The notes below the pieces were generated by a model, which did no database searches, was not told the origin of the DNA, and was given only the letters and a program-made list of their open reading frames with translations. A stretch of 64,000 nucleotides of DNA, taken from Spirogloea muscicola. Taxonomy: Eukaryota. Each line of letters begins with the position of its first letter. Position 1 is the first letter of the stretch. The DNA lies in contig WELB01000013.1 of assembly GCA_009602725.1 (NCBI GenBank), positions 504,071-568,070 of the forward strand, in the 5' to 3' direction. This document shows positions 36,300 to 49,139 of the stretch, one piece after another. Position numbers and translations under genes: made by a program.

Positions 36300-36825
36300 C
36301 CAGCATCACGCCAGTCTCCGACAGGCGCGGCAAGCCATACATGCGGCGTTTGGACGTGGTCGCCACCCCCTAGAGGGGTGGGCCTCGGCTGCTCCTGGAC
36401 GTTGTATTTCTTGACGCATTCAAAGCTGGAGCACCCACGTCAACTGTGCCTGGCTGGGCAAAGAACAGCGCAGAGCGAAGAAAGAAGATGCAATTCAAGG
36501 ACCGCCCAGGAGAAGACTACTTCTCTCCGAGCGCGCTATGAATAATTACGGTGGCTACTTTAAGAAACCGTCATCCCTCATCCAGCATTCTGGGCTTGCT
36601 GGTTGACGCGCATCGTCGCAGTTGAGAGGAGCAGCTTGAGGCACACCAGCATTTCGCAGGCAATAGTTGCAATTCACAGAATGCCATCTCAACTTATCTG
36701 CAGCACTCCTAAGCTGGGTATTCATCAGCGTGCTGATCGCGCTCTAAGTCAGGCCACTCGCTTCCGCGTCGGTGCTCCAGCTCCCCAAGTTAGCCTGTTG
36801 GATCTGCTCATCATCGTTGCTGAGT
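36300..36825 (+). mobile_element. Decayed CRE-like RLE domain
   Basis: YMRRLDVVATP*RGGPRLLLDVVFLDA...AERRKKMQFKDRPGEDYFSP...IHQRADRALSQATRFR...VSLLDL aligns with the 57669-58244 ORF; has stops and frameshifts. Confidence 0.65.
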
Positions 36826-37025
36826 CACACTGTTACCTTAGCACCTCTGGCCTCCATATATGTAGAACCACTTCTTGCACTAGCTTTTGCCTGAAAAGTG
36901 AATTTGGCTTAAATCGGCCATCCTTCTGTTTCATGCACAACATCGTTCCTTTATACAAGGCAACTTGATCATGTATTGCAATTGCGGCCATTTTTCCCCG
37001 CCAGTAAAATACTGTGCCAGCCTGG

Positions 37026-37098
37026 GGTCCCATGGTGTAGCGGTTATCACGTTTGCTTTACACGCAAAAGGTCTCGGGTTCGAGACCCGATGGGGCCA
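37026..37098 (+). tRNA. trnV-UAC: tRNA-Val (anticodon TAC)
   Basis: Acceptor stem GGTCCCA/TGGGGCC plus discriminator A; D-arm TGGTGTAGCGGTTATCAC; anticodon arm TTTGC-TTTACAC-GCAAA; T-arm TCGGG-TTCGAGA-CCCGA. Confidence 0.95.
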
Positions 37099-37172
37099 AG
37101 CAGGCCTGCCGCGCCAGGTCGGCCTGCCAGCTTTTCCCGCACTGCTGGCTGGCCCCGCCCACCGCAGGTGCC

Positions 37173-38704
37173 ATGGCTGCCACCGCCGCCGCCGCCACCG
37201 CCGTCGCCGCAGCTGCGCCCAGATCTTCTCGGTGACACCGTCAGCTTGCCCATGTTCATCTTGCGTCGGCCTTTTCGACCTGCGCCTCGTAAACGATAAG
37301 TTCGAGCTCTTACTCCAATGGGTTTGTGGGCGCGCCCCCAGCTGCCTCGAGGAGGCTTCTGTGCCTACCGTCGGTGGCCACTGGGGCGCTGAGGCGGCTG
37401 CGACGGCGGCCATGCCGCTCCTTGCGGGCCGTGGTGCCGCTGCTCCTGCAGTGGCGGCCCGGTTGCAGCGGAGACGGCGGTCGTTGAGGCGGCCCTCCTC
37501 AGCTGCTCTGCTGCTGCCACGCCGATGGTGAGCGCCGGCGCTAGCTACGGTTACTGCACTCCCTTCTGGCGGCTCAGGACATCCCTCAAGCAGGAAGCAC
37601 CGAACCCCGGTGGCCCCGGCCTTGCCTGTAGAAACCCAGCCACTGCAGGCCACTAGCAGTTACTGCAACTGCGCATGATTGATTACTTTCCCCTCGGCTC
37701 TGACGCCTTGCCCTCTGGCTGTGGTGTGCGGCAGCCCTACAGCATTTTTCATGGCTAGCGCCACGAAGCAGCCGGAGGAGGAGGAAACGCGTGCACAGCC
37801 AGATCAAGGCGGGAATATTCAGCTGGCTCGGGTAATTGACTCACAGTGCCTGACGTCCTGGCTGTAGCAGCAGTCCTTGTATGATGCTTGACGAGCTCCT
37901 TGCTCATTTCTGAAGTTATTGCCGCTACCGCCAAGCCCTTGTGCACGCTGAAGTTGGTTCTGTGCTGAGCACTGCAGCTCAGCCAAGGGCTGTTGATAGC
38001 CCTGTGCTGGCTTGCGCCCAGCTCATAGCACAAGACTATTGGATGCTTGACAGCTGGTAGCAGATCCTGTAGAGTGCTCAACGCCTACACCCAAGCCTTG
38101 GGCGACCAGCAGCGCAGCGGCAGTGGCCTTGTCGGCTTTGGCGCTGCTGCCGTCCTCGGCCGCCCTGGCAAGCGAAGCCAGCAGGCCGCTGACAGAGGGC
38201 CTGTGGCTGTCCACCGCAGCAGCTACCGGCTCTCTCTTTCTGCTGGGTGACCTCGACCCAGGTTGGTTGCAGGCTCTTCTTGTTATGAGGTATAAGCTTC
38301 AGAGTCTGCACACTTTCTTATTATGTAGCTCTGCTACATAATGTAGCTCTGCTACATGGTGCGTTGCATGACCAGCCTGTCTGCTAATTGATCACAACTA
38401 CTGCCGTGCAGGCAGCGCCAAGGTGATCTCTTCACTCCTGGGACCCATCATTGCGGGCCTCAACTTCCTCTTCATAGTCCGGATTGTGATGTCGTGGTAT
38501 CCCAGCTTGCCAGTCAACAAGCTTCCGTACTCGGTAGCGTACGTCCCTACCGAGCCTGTGCTTGGCCCCACCAGGAGGCTGATACCACCGGTGGGCGGAG
38601 TGGATGTGTCGCCAGTCATCTGGGTTGCGCTCATGAGCTTTGTAAATGAGGTCCTGCTGGGGCCCCAGGGTCTCCTTGTCCTCTTGTCCCAACAGCAACG
38701 CTGA
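37173..38704 (+). CDS. CCB3: YGGT-family thylakoid protein CCB3 (cytochrome b6 heme ci assembly); start either 37173 or 37412
   Basis: GDLDP|GSAK...LNFLFIVRIVMSWYPSLPVNKLPYSVAYVPTEPVLGPTRRLIPPVGGVDVSPVIW...LLGPQGLLVLLSQQ. Confidence 0.88.
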
Positions 38705-38995
38705 TGGAAGAGATGGCCTCTCTTAGCTCCCCACAAAAGTCCATCACAGGAAGAGTTGGTGGGAGTCATTGGCTTATCATGCTCGGGGAGATGCAATCAA
38801 ACCCTGTCCAAGTTCGCCCTGCAGTCATTCTTTCATTCACATTCATGTTGCGGCTTCCATTAACTTTCAATGGCTCTTCCTTAGCAGGCTTAAGCGGTCT
38901 TTACCACACGCTCTGCCGCTTGTGATGTACCTGTGCAGTAGACCTCTTTTTGACTTTGGTAACATGGTGAGGTAGGGTAGATATCGTGGTATTTG

Positions 38996-41900
38996 TCAGC
39001 GTAAGATCTGAATGCTCCAGTCCCCAGCTATACCAACATTTGGTAATCTAACAACTAGGGAACCCTGAGCTGCTCCAAGCCGGAGGAGCCTCGGCCCTGT
39101 CTCCTCATCCAGCTGCTCGTCACTGCCCTCGATCAGTGCCCGCTGATGGTGGCTGGTATTCAGGTCCTGCTCCGGGACGCCGCTGAGGATTATCCTCTCG
39201 ACCTTGCAGGCCGAGCTGTACCCCTTCCCGCTGCTGCCGCGCGCGATACCGTCCATGTTCCGGAGCCGACCTTGAGAGAAAATGAAGCGGCGGGTGATGA
39301 AGGCACCCTTCTCAAAGTCGTAGGTCTTCCCATCGTCAAGATAAAGCACTCCCTCTGCCTCCAAGGTGGAATTGAGAGCAATAACCTGACAGCCACACAG
39401 ACAAACAGCATCTCTCAGCATCGACTTGAGTTGCCAAACACTGGCTAGTGATAGCAAGGCAAGGGCCCTGTGTATTTACTTCACCTTCAGAATTCATCAA
39501 CCTTGATGGCACGCCATGTGCACAATAGCTGCTCCATCCCAATGTGAATATTAGCAAGAGAGAGCAACATCCCTGGCAAAGCAGCACATGGGTCGCTTGA
39601 GGTGAATTACCAGCGTGAATGGGTCCTTCTCCATCTGAGTTGAGCTTCTCCTTGGACGATCCTTCCTTGGAATGATAGTGCCCGCCCGCTGAAAGGCGGG
39701 GATGGTCTGAAGATTCGCCTCGAGAGACTCGTAATATCTGTGGCGGTACCTAGCGCCAGTCCAGTAGTCAAACCAGTCCTCTGGTCCAGGAAGATAGACA
39801 GAGTATGACTTGGCTTCCTGGAAAAGTAGAACAGCCATTGCACGCATGTCAGCTCGGGGCCTGTTGCCCCAGGTGACTGAAAGAAATGGCTGTTGAGCAT
39901 GACACTGGGGTACTTCATCCATCTCCAGCAGCATACATGCTGCTGGAGATTGTACATTGACCAACCAGAATGGTCCAGGCCACGTACATGCTCCACGATG
40001 GGCTTCATCAACAGAGCTCTCCCGACCATCATGTCCACGTCTCTTTCAAATGTATGCTCGTTCTGGGGAAACTCCATCCAGAGGGGTCTCAAGATGGGTA
40101 CTCCTGTCAGGCTTGCTTCCTTAAATAATGTGTAAAAATATGGCAGGAGACTATAACGTAGACGCACGGCTTCACGAATGGCGCTTGTGTAAGGCTCCCT
40201 GGCAAATGCAATCAATCAATAGGCCACATGAAACGGGGGAGCAGATTGTGCAGAGAATTGAGCTTTGTTGCGATCTGAAAGTGTGGCCATGCTTGAAGCT
40301 GCTCCAATGACAGCATTACACATTGCTCAAATGCTCCCTTGACTAAGCTGCAATGATGTACCAAATCATGGCCATTGGCAACACTGACATATGCTGCTAC
40401 AGGTCATACCCAAAGAGCCACGGCTCGCGCCGCTTGGTGTCCAGGTGTGCATGGGCCCGGAAAAAAGGATAGAAAGCGCCAAGCTGGTACCATCTAGTTA
40501 GCAGCTCTGGGTCAGGATTGCCAAAAAAGCCACCAACATCTGCACCTGCACAGGGCAGCAACCAAAGTGGCTGTTGATATAGATTGTGACTCGACAAGGC
40601 AACAGCCTGGAAGAGGCGGCTCAGACTGGCTGCATGAAGAATGGACGTGACTGAACGTACCAGAGTTGGCCATGCCAGCGAGCCCAAGCGTCAGGACCAT
40701 CGGCACTGACCCCTTCAGGTGACTCCAGTCAGCCGAATTGTCGCCCGTCCAGATGGGTCCCACTTTCTGGGAGCCTGCAAATACAGCCCGGGACAGCACA
40801 AACGGGCGGTCGTTGTTGCCGCCTCTCCTCTTGAGGCCCTCCGCAGTAGCAAGATGGAAGTAGTATCCATTGGCGTTGTGTACATCCCTGTGCTCCACCT
40901 TCTCAAAGTGGAGGTTGTCCCGTGGCATCGTGACCTGCAAGGACAAGCCTCAATGTTGTTGCCTAAGTCTAAGTCCAGGGTCACTACGGAGTTTTGCAAA
41001 CGGGTGCTACCTTGCCAGATTTTCAAGTACCACCCATCACGTAGGTTCGCTATTTCAGACAGAAGGTCCCAAGTGATGTGCTTGTCCTACTTAACCAAAA
41101 GCCCGTAAGATTGACAACCCACAGATGGTTGACTTGAGCCACTCACTTCAGGCCCGTTGAACACTGAGGGCTCATTCATATCGTTCCAGGTGTAAAGAAT
41201 TGGGGTTGATCCAGGGTAATTTGCAAGAGAAAATTTGTCAGCCCACCATGACCGGATGGCGGGGTCAAGCATGTCCAAGTAGGATGATGAGCCCGGCCAA
41301 CACCAACCATCATAGTCCTTGCCGGATGCGTCCTTGACATAGTAACCCTTGGAAGTTGCCTCCTCGTGGAGATTATATCCAGTCTCTCTTTTCACATGAG
41401 GATCCACAATTGTTACCATATGCCTCCCTTTTGCAGCGATCTTATTCTGCACTAATTCAGACATAGACATATATAAATCCATATCCAAAGATTCAAAAAA
41501 GCATGAAGTACAAGATACTGTAGAGACGCTTACCTGGTCAACTAAATTGACGCCGAGAAGCTCTTCACACGATTGACTAGCATCATGGTAGAAGTGGAAC
41601 AAGGCTGTCACTAATTACACAGTACATCTGATCCAAATCTACTAAGTCACACATAGGTGAAATGGTTGGTCATAGATCGCACTATACCTGCATCTCCACA
41701 GGGTTAGGAAAGTTGGTCTTGTCCCAGGTCATGTACTTCTTGCCCTCTGTGTGCTCAATATCAAGCCAGATCGTATCATATGGTATATCGTAGTGGTCAA
41801 AATTCTCATCCACTGCAGCCACATCCGCCTCGTCCTTATAGTTCCACCGGCACTGCAACCAGGGCACATCGGGCATCACTGAGATTAAGCATCAGCCAAG

Positions 41901-43953
41901 AGCGACATTTGACCTCAAACACAGCCCTGCAGTACCTCTTTGGCCCCAGGCCCCAGGCCCCCGGAACGGTTTCTGCCAAGAATCAAGGGACTGCCAAAGA
42001 GCAACTTCGACCTTCCGTTAAGAGGTAGCGGAGCCCAAGATGTGGACCTGATGGTAGCCCACAGAGAACAGCTGAGGCAAGGCTGTGGGGCCCGTCACCA
42101 AGGAATATTGCCGCATCACGTCCTGGGGGCTTGGCCCCAAAAAGAAGAAGGTATCCAGTATGCCACTCTCGCTGATCCAGTGTGACTCAATCTATAAACA
42201 GCAGCAGGTTCACTTGATGGTGTCAGGAGGTATTTGACATGCACTCATCCATTGCGTAACATTCATGTGCTTCAGGCTGAGGGTCTACCGGGCCCCCCTC
42301 CTGTGGAGATTGGTCGTCCCACCCGGGCTTGAGGACATCAATAAGCATCTCCGCAGCATTGAGCCAGAAAAAGCCAGAAGTACGCTCTGCATTGTGGCTC
42401 AGCATGTAGGGAATAGACCCGTACAGCCCAAATGGAGATTCGCTTGTGTATTCAAAGACGTCCAGGTTGAACAATCTATAAGGTTCCGAGTCTAAGCCTG
42501 GGCCCTTGGTCGGCTGCAGCAGACAGACTACTCAATGTATAAGAGAACCTCAAGCATGCAGCAGAGAGTGCTCATATGCAGTCCTCTTCGACAACGTACT
42601 AGCTGCAAGCTCAGCGGCTTATAACAGGAGTGGATGAAGCCAACTTGGGGGCCAAATTCGGATAACAAGGAAATCTGCACCTTAAGGGCCAAGCTTGTTG
42701 CTCGCTCGGGGATGCCGTATACATGCTCGACATCATAAAATGAAAGGTCGAAGGAGATAGAAGCAGGTCCTCTTGGTTTTGAATCTGAGTAGATTTGTCC
42801 ACAACATCAGCAATCTAGTAGCTCACTGGGCTGAGGAATGCCTATACACAACCACAAGAGAAGCGCTTCGTCTCGGAAGTTGCAGTTCTGCAGGTGGCCA
42901 CGTCAGCTTACTGACCAGACACAAAATGCTCCAACGTAGCTCGTGTCGGTCCCATGACTCTTTGCAGAACTATACATCCTGATCAAGGCCATCGCCAAGT
43001 GCACACAGTGGTTGGGAAGGGCAGATTGGTCACCTGTATGAGAACGGAAGGTCTCTTCCCACATGTCGGCTGGATCTCCTTCCTGCTTACTGCCCCTCAA
43101 CTGCTCAAAGTTGAAGAGGCCCCGCTTATTGAAGCCCATGATGGGCTGGCCATTTCTTGAGATTGTGAGAGAGAAGGGCTGCAGACGAGGTGCCAGAGGG
43201 CTTCAATCGGCGTACATAACGTCTAATACATCATGCAGGTATTTGAACATTCAGCTACTACACTATTTACGCAGGACAAGCTCAGCTGCAACGCCTGTCA
43301 CGTAGCATAATGCAGAAACATACAGATGTCGGTGCAATCTGCTGGTTGCTTTGAAGAAGCACAGCGAAGGCAGCTCAAGAAAACAGTGCGAAATGTTCAA
43401 GAGATATGAGATGAGACAGAACATCAACGACTTATTGACCGCTTTTCAGATACATTTGACGGCTTGAGGAGCAGTAGATGCGGCAGCACTGTCACACCTT
43501 GTGGAAGACGTCAATGGTGTATGCGCCAGAAATGAGGGGCGTGGGGTCGACTACCACCGAGAACTTCCTGGCGCCCGGCGCTAAGGGCACCCGCCGGGTG
43601 TCCAGGTCCAGCTCGAGCACGTCGGGCACCTGGAAGCGGTTCTTGGAGGGCGCCTCGTCGACCTTGACGCGCAGGATGCCGTCGGCGTACGCGCTGAGCT
43701 CGAGGTCGAGCTCCGCACCGTCGGTGGCGGCGGCGTCGGCGAGCTTGCCGAAGAAGCGGCCGTCGGCGGCGAGCGTGCCCGAGACGAGCGCGAGCGTGCA
43801 GTTGCCGGGAGCGCGGTCGCGGTTGGTGCGGCAGAAGTAGGCCTGCTCGCACTTGCGGAACTCCTGCTCCTTGAAGGCCAGCGCGCCTCGAGGCAGGCCC
43901 GCGAGGACGAGCGCCGCGGCCAGCGCCGCGAGCGCCGCCGCCGCCGGCGCCAT
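38996..43953 (-). CDS. GANAB: ER glucosidase II alpha subunit (GH31), multi-exon
   Basis: Signal peptide then [27 protein letters not shown]...[38 protein letters not shown] (nucleophile); [52 protein letters not shown]. Confidence 0.95.
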
Positions 43954-44320
43954 GGCCCGGCGGCGAGCGGCGGCGCGGCTGATCAGAGTAGGCGCGGCGC
44001 GGTTGCGCATGGAATGGAAGGGTGGCTATTTCCAGCCAGGATAGGAAACGAAACAGCATTTCCAATTCATGGCAATGGCTGGGAGAGGCCATCCCAAAGA
44101 AATGTAAGGAAAGAAAGGGCTGGGAATACAGAATGCGGCTGCTGGTATTAGAAGAGCGGCTGTAAAAGCCAGCCATCTGAAGGCGGGCACGAGGGTGGGA
44201 GGCCGACGGCCGGTTGGGGGATGATCGTCAGGCAGCCAGGGGGGGCCCGGGCGCCCGACGACGGGGCGTCGGGCAGCCGTAGCCGGCACCCGTCACGCTC
44301 GCTCTTCACGGCGCCGTCAN

Positions 44321-44993
44321 CTGCGGCGGCGCGGGCCTGCACGGCCTGGCGCCGGAGCCGTGGGCGGGCCACCGGCAGGTGGTGGTGCTGAAGCATGTCG
44401 TGCCAGACGTAGCGGTGGACGCCTGGGTGGCGCCGTCCGCCACGCTCGTGGGCGCCGTGGAGGTCCAGGACCGCGCCTCCGTCTGGCACGGCGCCGTCCT
44501 GCGCGGTGACCTCAACGCCGTCGTCCTCGGCGCCTACTCCTCGCTGGGCGACCGCTGCGTGGTGCACGCTGCCGCTGGCACCGCGCCATCCACGGGCCTC
44601 TCGGCGGAGGCCGTCGTCGGCAAGTACGTGACGGTGGCGCCGGCCTGCACGCTGCGCTCCTGCACCATCGACGACGAGGTGGTGGTCGGCGAGCGCTGCG
44701 TCCTCATGGAGGGCTCCCTGGTCGAGCGCCACGCCGTCCTGCGGGCCGGCACCGTCGTCCCGCCCGGCCGCCGCATCCCCGGCGGCCAGCTCTGGGCCGG
44801 CTGCCCCGCGCGCTACGTCCGTGACCTCACGCCCGACGACGTGGCCGAGATCGGGCGGCTGGCGGAGGCCGTCCACAAGTGCGCCGACCAGTACGCCGCC
44901 GAGTTCCTGCCCTACGGCACCGCCTACCTCGAGGTCGAGAAGCTCCGCAAGGCGCTCAACATGCCCGTGCCATCGCTCGCGGCCGCCCAGTGA
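44321..44993 (+). CDS. GAMMA-CAL: Gamma carbonic anhydrase-like subunit of mitochondrial complex I; N-terminus broken by N at 44320
   Basis: GHRQVVVL...VAVDAWVAP...SVWHGAVLRGDLN...RCVVHAA...LRSCTI...LMEGSLVE...VPPGRRIPGGQLWAGCPARYVR...EFLPYGTAYLEVEK. Confidence 0.92.
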
Positions 44994-45782
44994 CTCGACG
45001 GGCAGGCGGGCGTCGTGCCACAGCAAGCTCCATTGGCTGGGACAAGCGTGTCAGCCATCCACTGCAGCAGGGTGTCGATAAGATCTCGGCTGCAGTAAGC
45101 TGGTCATTGGGCCCATGGGTTGTGACAACCACCAGCGATCAAGGATGCAGAGGTACGGTGTCAATGCTCTCTGAAAGCAGATGCTGGTGGCAGCCAGCAC
45201 ATTCTTCTCACGCGGACTTTCTCAAATGCAGACCTAGGTGTTCGACCCCACTGAAACCTACTTGACCTGGCCACAATGGTGCCAGTCAACTCATGTCTTG
45301 GTTCTTGTATGTAGTCCAGGATGTCTGCAAGGTCGGCAGAAAGCGGGTCACCTTGAATTTGCCTGAAGTTGGCAGTACTGCAATCTTGGCAAGCGTTGCC
45401 ACATTTGATGTGTGCAGCTTGACTGGTCAAAGCTTCTCAATGCTGTGTGTGGCACTGGGGTTGAGTCCAGAAGACATTCTGTCCTCGTTAAACCACAATC
45501 AAGGAGATGTATTCTGGTCTCTTTGGTTGAGATATTTCACTCTTAGGAGGACAATTGTTACTTTCATCGTGCATAATAGGACAGTACTCATATCATTCGA
45601 CCACAGACATGACACATCAAATCAATGAAATTGTTGCGCAAGTGGAGATTGATATCCATGGTCGATCTATCCTCACAGGAGCGCTATAACAAAACTGATG
45701 GCCAAAATTGTAATCTGTACAAGTTTACATGAGCATATCAATTGAAAGGAAACGCCGACGCCTAGAAGCAGTGTGCGATACT

Positions 45783-48700
45783 TCAGAAAGCTTGCTTGAT
45801 AAGATCAAGCGTGCCCTGAATGCTGTCCTCCACGCAGTCAAATTTCAGCAGGGATCCTACATAATATGTGCTCCTGTACCCCTGCAGAATGGCCAGCTTC
45901 TGGAAAAAACCAGCTGCAATGGAAATTGAGGGCGCGTGTGGGAAATAGTCCCACACTTGAAGGTCCTGCAAAATTAGAAGAGGCACGGTGCAGGTCTTCA
46001 GTGTTTAGTAGGAATGAGTAAGGCAGTATGAAAGCCGTACTAGACTCATTAACTTTCAATTCAAGGCAGACACTGCCATGTTAGCGGACTGGTCTTGCAC
46101 GACAACCATCCTTCAAGGTAGGGTTTTCCGATTTACCTTAAAACTAGCTGTTGTAAGCTGACCGAGGCTCGTGGTGGGCCCAAGTAGGCCTAAAGTGGCT
46201 ACAGCTGCCGCCTGCACGTTTCCTTTGCTGATGGCTGTGGTGTTGCGGTTCCACGAGTAAACGGTCGCCAATGACTTCCCAGTCTGTGTAGAGCAAAGCA
46301 GGAGTGAGGTGCCTTATGCCAATGCATACGACTTCAGGTCTGACCTACATGAAACCAGGAAAGCAATTGTTGCAGCTGAGATGCAGCAAGGTCCAGATTG
46401 TGCCATCCAAGTCATTACCTCCACTGAAAAGGCTATGGGACTGCCATCTCCAGTCGGTTCGGCGATCGATGTGCCGCTCAGGAGGCCATAGTAAGCTGAA
46501 GGCACGGTCAATTGGGCTCGGCCACTGTCTCCAAGATCGATGAGAGAGGTCGCGTAACCACTGTGCTCAACCTACAATTACCACGATTGTCACATGCTTT
46601 CAAAGCTGCTCAACACAGCGCATACTTCAGAGTGCGGTATCATCAACTGACCACCATACACTTCAGAGGCACCTGGCTGAGTAGACCAAGCTCCTCCTTA
46701 TCGAGACCCAGGAAGCCAAGGCGACTTGTAAGCTGAGGGAAGGCCACCACAACACTCTGGCATTCCACGGTTGCCTTGACAGTTGATCCTCCTTGCTTGA
46801 GGAAATAGCTAAGAGTGGGTGATCCACTAATAGGTCGAATTACTTTGAAAACCCGTGCATTCAAGTGAATGGGGCCTTTGATGGTCGTCGCCCACCTTTT
46901 CAGCAGAGACTGTAGCCCACCAGGATTCTTAATGGTGGCAGGCTTGTCAAGAGACAAGAGGAAGGCCGCAATACGGTCCTTAGTCATATATCTGAAATTA
47001 CACGGTGCACAATATCAAACCTTGGTTGCTAAAGAAGATTGTTCAAAACGAGACATAAGCTTGCTAATAAGAGATGCACGCGACGAAATATTGTAGCCTC
47101 ACAAGAAGCCCATGCGCACATTATGCTGGACTGTACAATGTTCAAAGAATGATGATCAGCTGTTGTCTTACTCGTGTCTTTGTCTTACATACATATATTG
47201 GGAGAGGAGCAATGCATGCAACCTAGAGGCCTGTGCAGGGTGTACGCACTTTTCTGATCAGTCATATAAAGAGCAGAGATACTACCTTAGCCCATATAGA
47301 GCAGGTGTGCTCGTCATCGACCCATATCCATAGCAGAACATAGTTGTAAGGAAGAAAGGTAGCAAGGCTTGCAGCCCATGATTCTGAAGCCATGTCCCAA
47401 ATGGAATTGAGTACTCAGTGTCGTTGTGCTGCCCACTGTAGCGCCACTCAGACCACAGGGTGACATACTGTCGGAGGGCATTCTGTTGTTGCGTCGCTGT
47501 GAAGGGGTTGGAAAATGTGCTTGTTGAAGCTGAGAAACCTGTTAAAAGCATGGCCCCGAACCAACATGGACAACGCCGGCTTGCATGAGGATGTTGCCAT
47601 CTGCAAAGCGGGCTTCTACTTGATGGCACCGAAGTGCACCATCCATGCCACTGACATAGAAGTTGCTCAGATGTTGCTACTCCTGACTGTCGGAAGTATG
47701 TCCTTCTTGTTGACGCGCTTACATGTCTTGTTGACGCGCTTACATGTCTTGCAGATCGTGCTGGCAAGACTCCTGATTAGTACTGAATCTCTCTGGAATT
47801 AGCACTTGTGAGTGCGTAAAGGAAGAGAGTACTGATTCAGACCTGAGCTCGGATCAAAAAAGTATTGAGCGAAAGCCCCTTGCTGACCAATGTCGACAGT
47901 GAAGTTAAATCGATCAATGAGCTCTAAGACGTTGACGTAGTCTGTGGAGATGATGATGGCACCTTCGTCGTAGAAAAGGCCTTCCTTGTGATACCTGCGG
48001 TAATGTATGCACACAACAGAAGGCATAGCACACACAAGGGCGCCTGAGCAAATACTGATTCGAGATATACTCAGCCATTTCAGGCGGTGCAACATGAAGC
48101 GTCAATTGATGTAACAACAACTTGCAGTGATTCCTTATCGAGCACACAAGAGGGAGACCTCTACTCAATTTTTCGTCCTGTCCAGCTGCATAAAAGCACT
48201 GGCTTTACGATTTGATATTGTATGGATCCACATGTCTATTACGAAGCTCGCCAGACGTCCGGCACAGTAGCCCGAATGGCTGGAGAATGACGCACAGAGT
48301 CCGTGCCAGGCGCAACTTGTGGGCTGTCAAGGTGATTCACTCACTCGAAGCTTCGTGTCCTGCCCCCAACACTTTCTTCCTTCTCGAAGACGACCACATT
48401 GTAGCCTTTTTCTTCTAGGCTGGTTGCCGCAGCCAGTCCAGAGGGCCCTGCCCCAAGGATGCAGACTGGCTTGCCATCCTTTGGAGGCCCTTTGCCTGCA
48501 GCCCTACGTGGATGTCAAGGACAGATTTCGGGGCCACAGACTGCCGAAACGCTCATCCAGCAACGCTGCAACGCTTACAGTAGCGGTGGGCTAATTATAT
48601 AGCAGAGTCAGCGCTACCTACTCAGAGCGAGAGCGGTGATTGATATGATCCCCTTGCATGCATGAGTGCACGATAAGCATCGCCTATGGCTTAGCTGCCC

Positions 48701-48836
48701 AAAGCAAAGACTGTCGAGTTGAGTGGCGCGTTGCCGTACCAGCAGCAGCCAAGGCGGCGCCGAGGAGGCCGGCCGCGATGCACGGCAGCAGCAGCAGCAG
48801 CGGCAGCAACGCGGCAGGCCGAGCGCGGCGCAGCAT
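45783..48836 (-). CDS. Signal-peptide FAD-dependent protein, PUFA-isomerase (PAI)/amine-oxidase fold, copy 1
   Basis: MLRRARPAALLPLLLLLPCIAAGLLGAALAAA; VCILGAGPSGLAAATSLEEKGYNVVVFEKEESVGGR; YDEGA; PFGTWL...YGYGSMTSTPALYGLR|YMTKD; WDYFPH...LQGYRSTYYVGSLLKFD. Confidence 0.85.
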
Positions 48837-49139
48837 GTCTCCCGCCGGTGGAGCGGAGGAAAAGCGGAGGGACGGGGCGGTGGCGGGGCGGGGGAATGGA
48901 GTGTGTTGACTGATGTGGAGGGCCGTAGTGGCGAGGGGAGGCGGATCACGCGCCCGGCCCCGCGGCTGGCCCAGGGTGAATGGAGTTTGCAGTGACGAAA
49001 AAATGAAGAACGCGGCTTCTATACATTAAAGAGCGACTGTTAAAGCCAGCCAGGTGCATACAGAGGGTATTCCTGACTACATCATCGGAGCCACAGGCTA
49101 GGCAGACGGGGCGCTCTTGTTTTACCGCGTATCAGCAAT

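Noticed and set aside
47706..47751. Small tandem duplications (21 bp here; also ~27797-27836, 38323-38357, ~63733-63765)
   Set aside because: Ordinary slippage or repair duplications in non-coding DNA.
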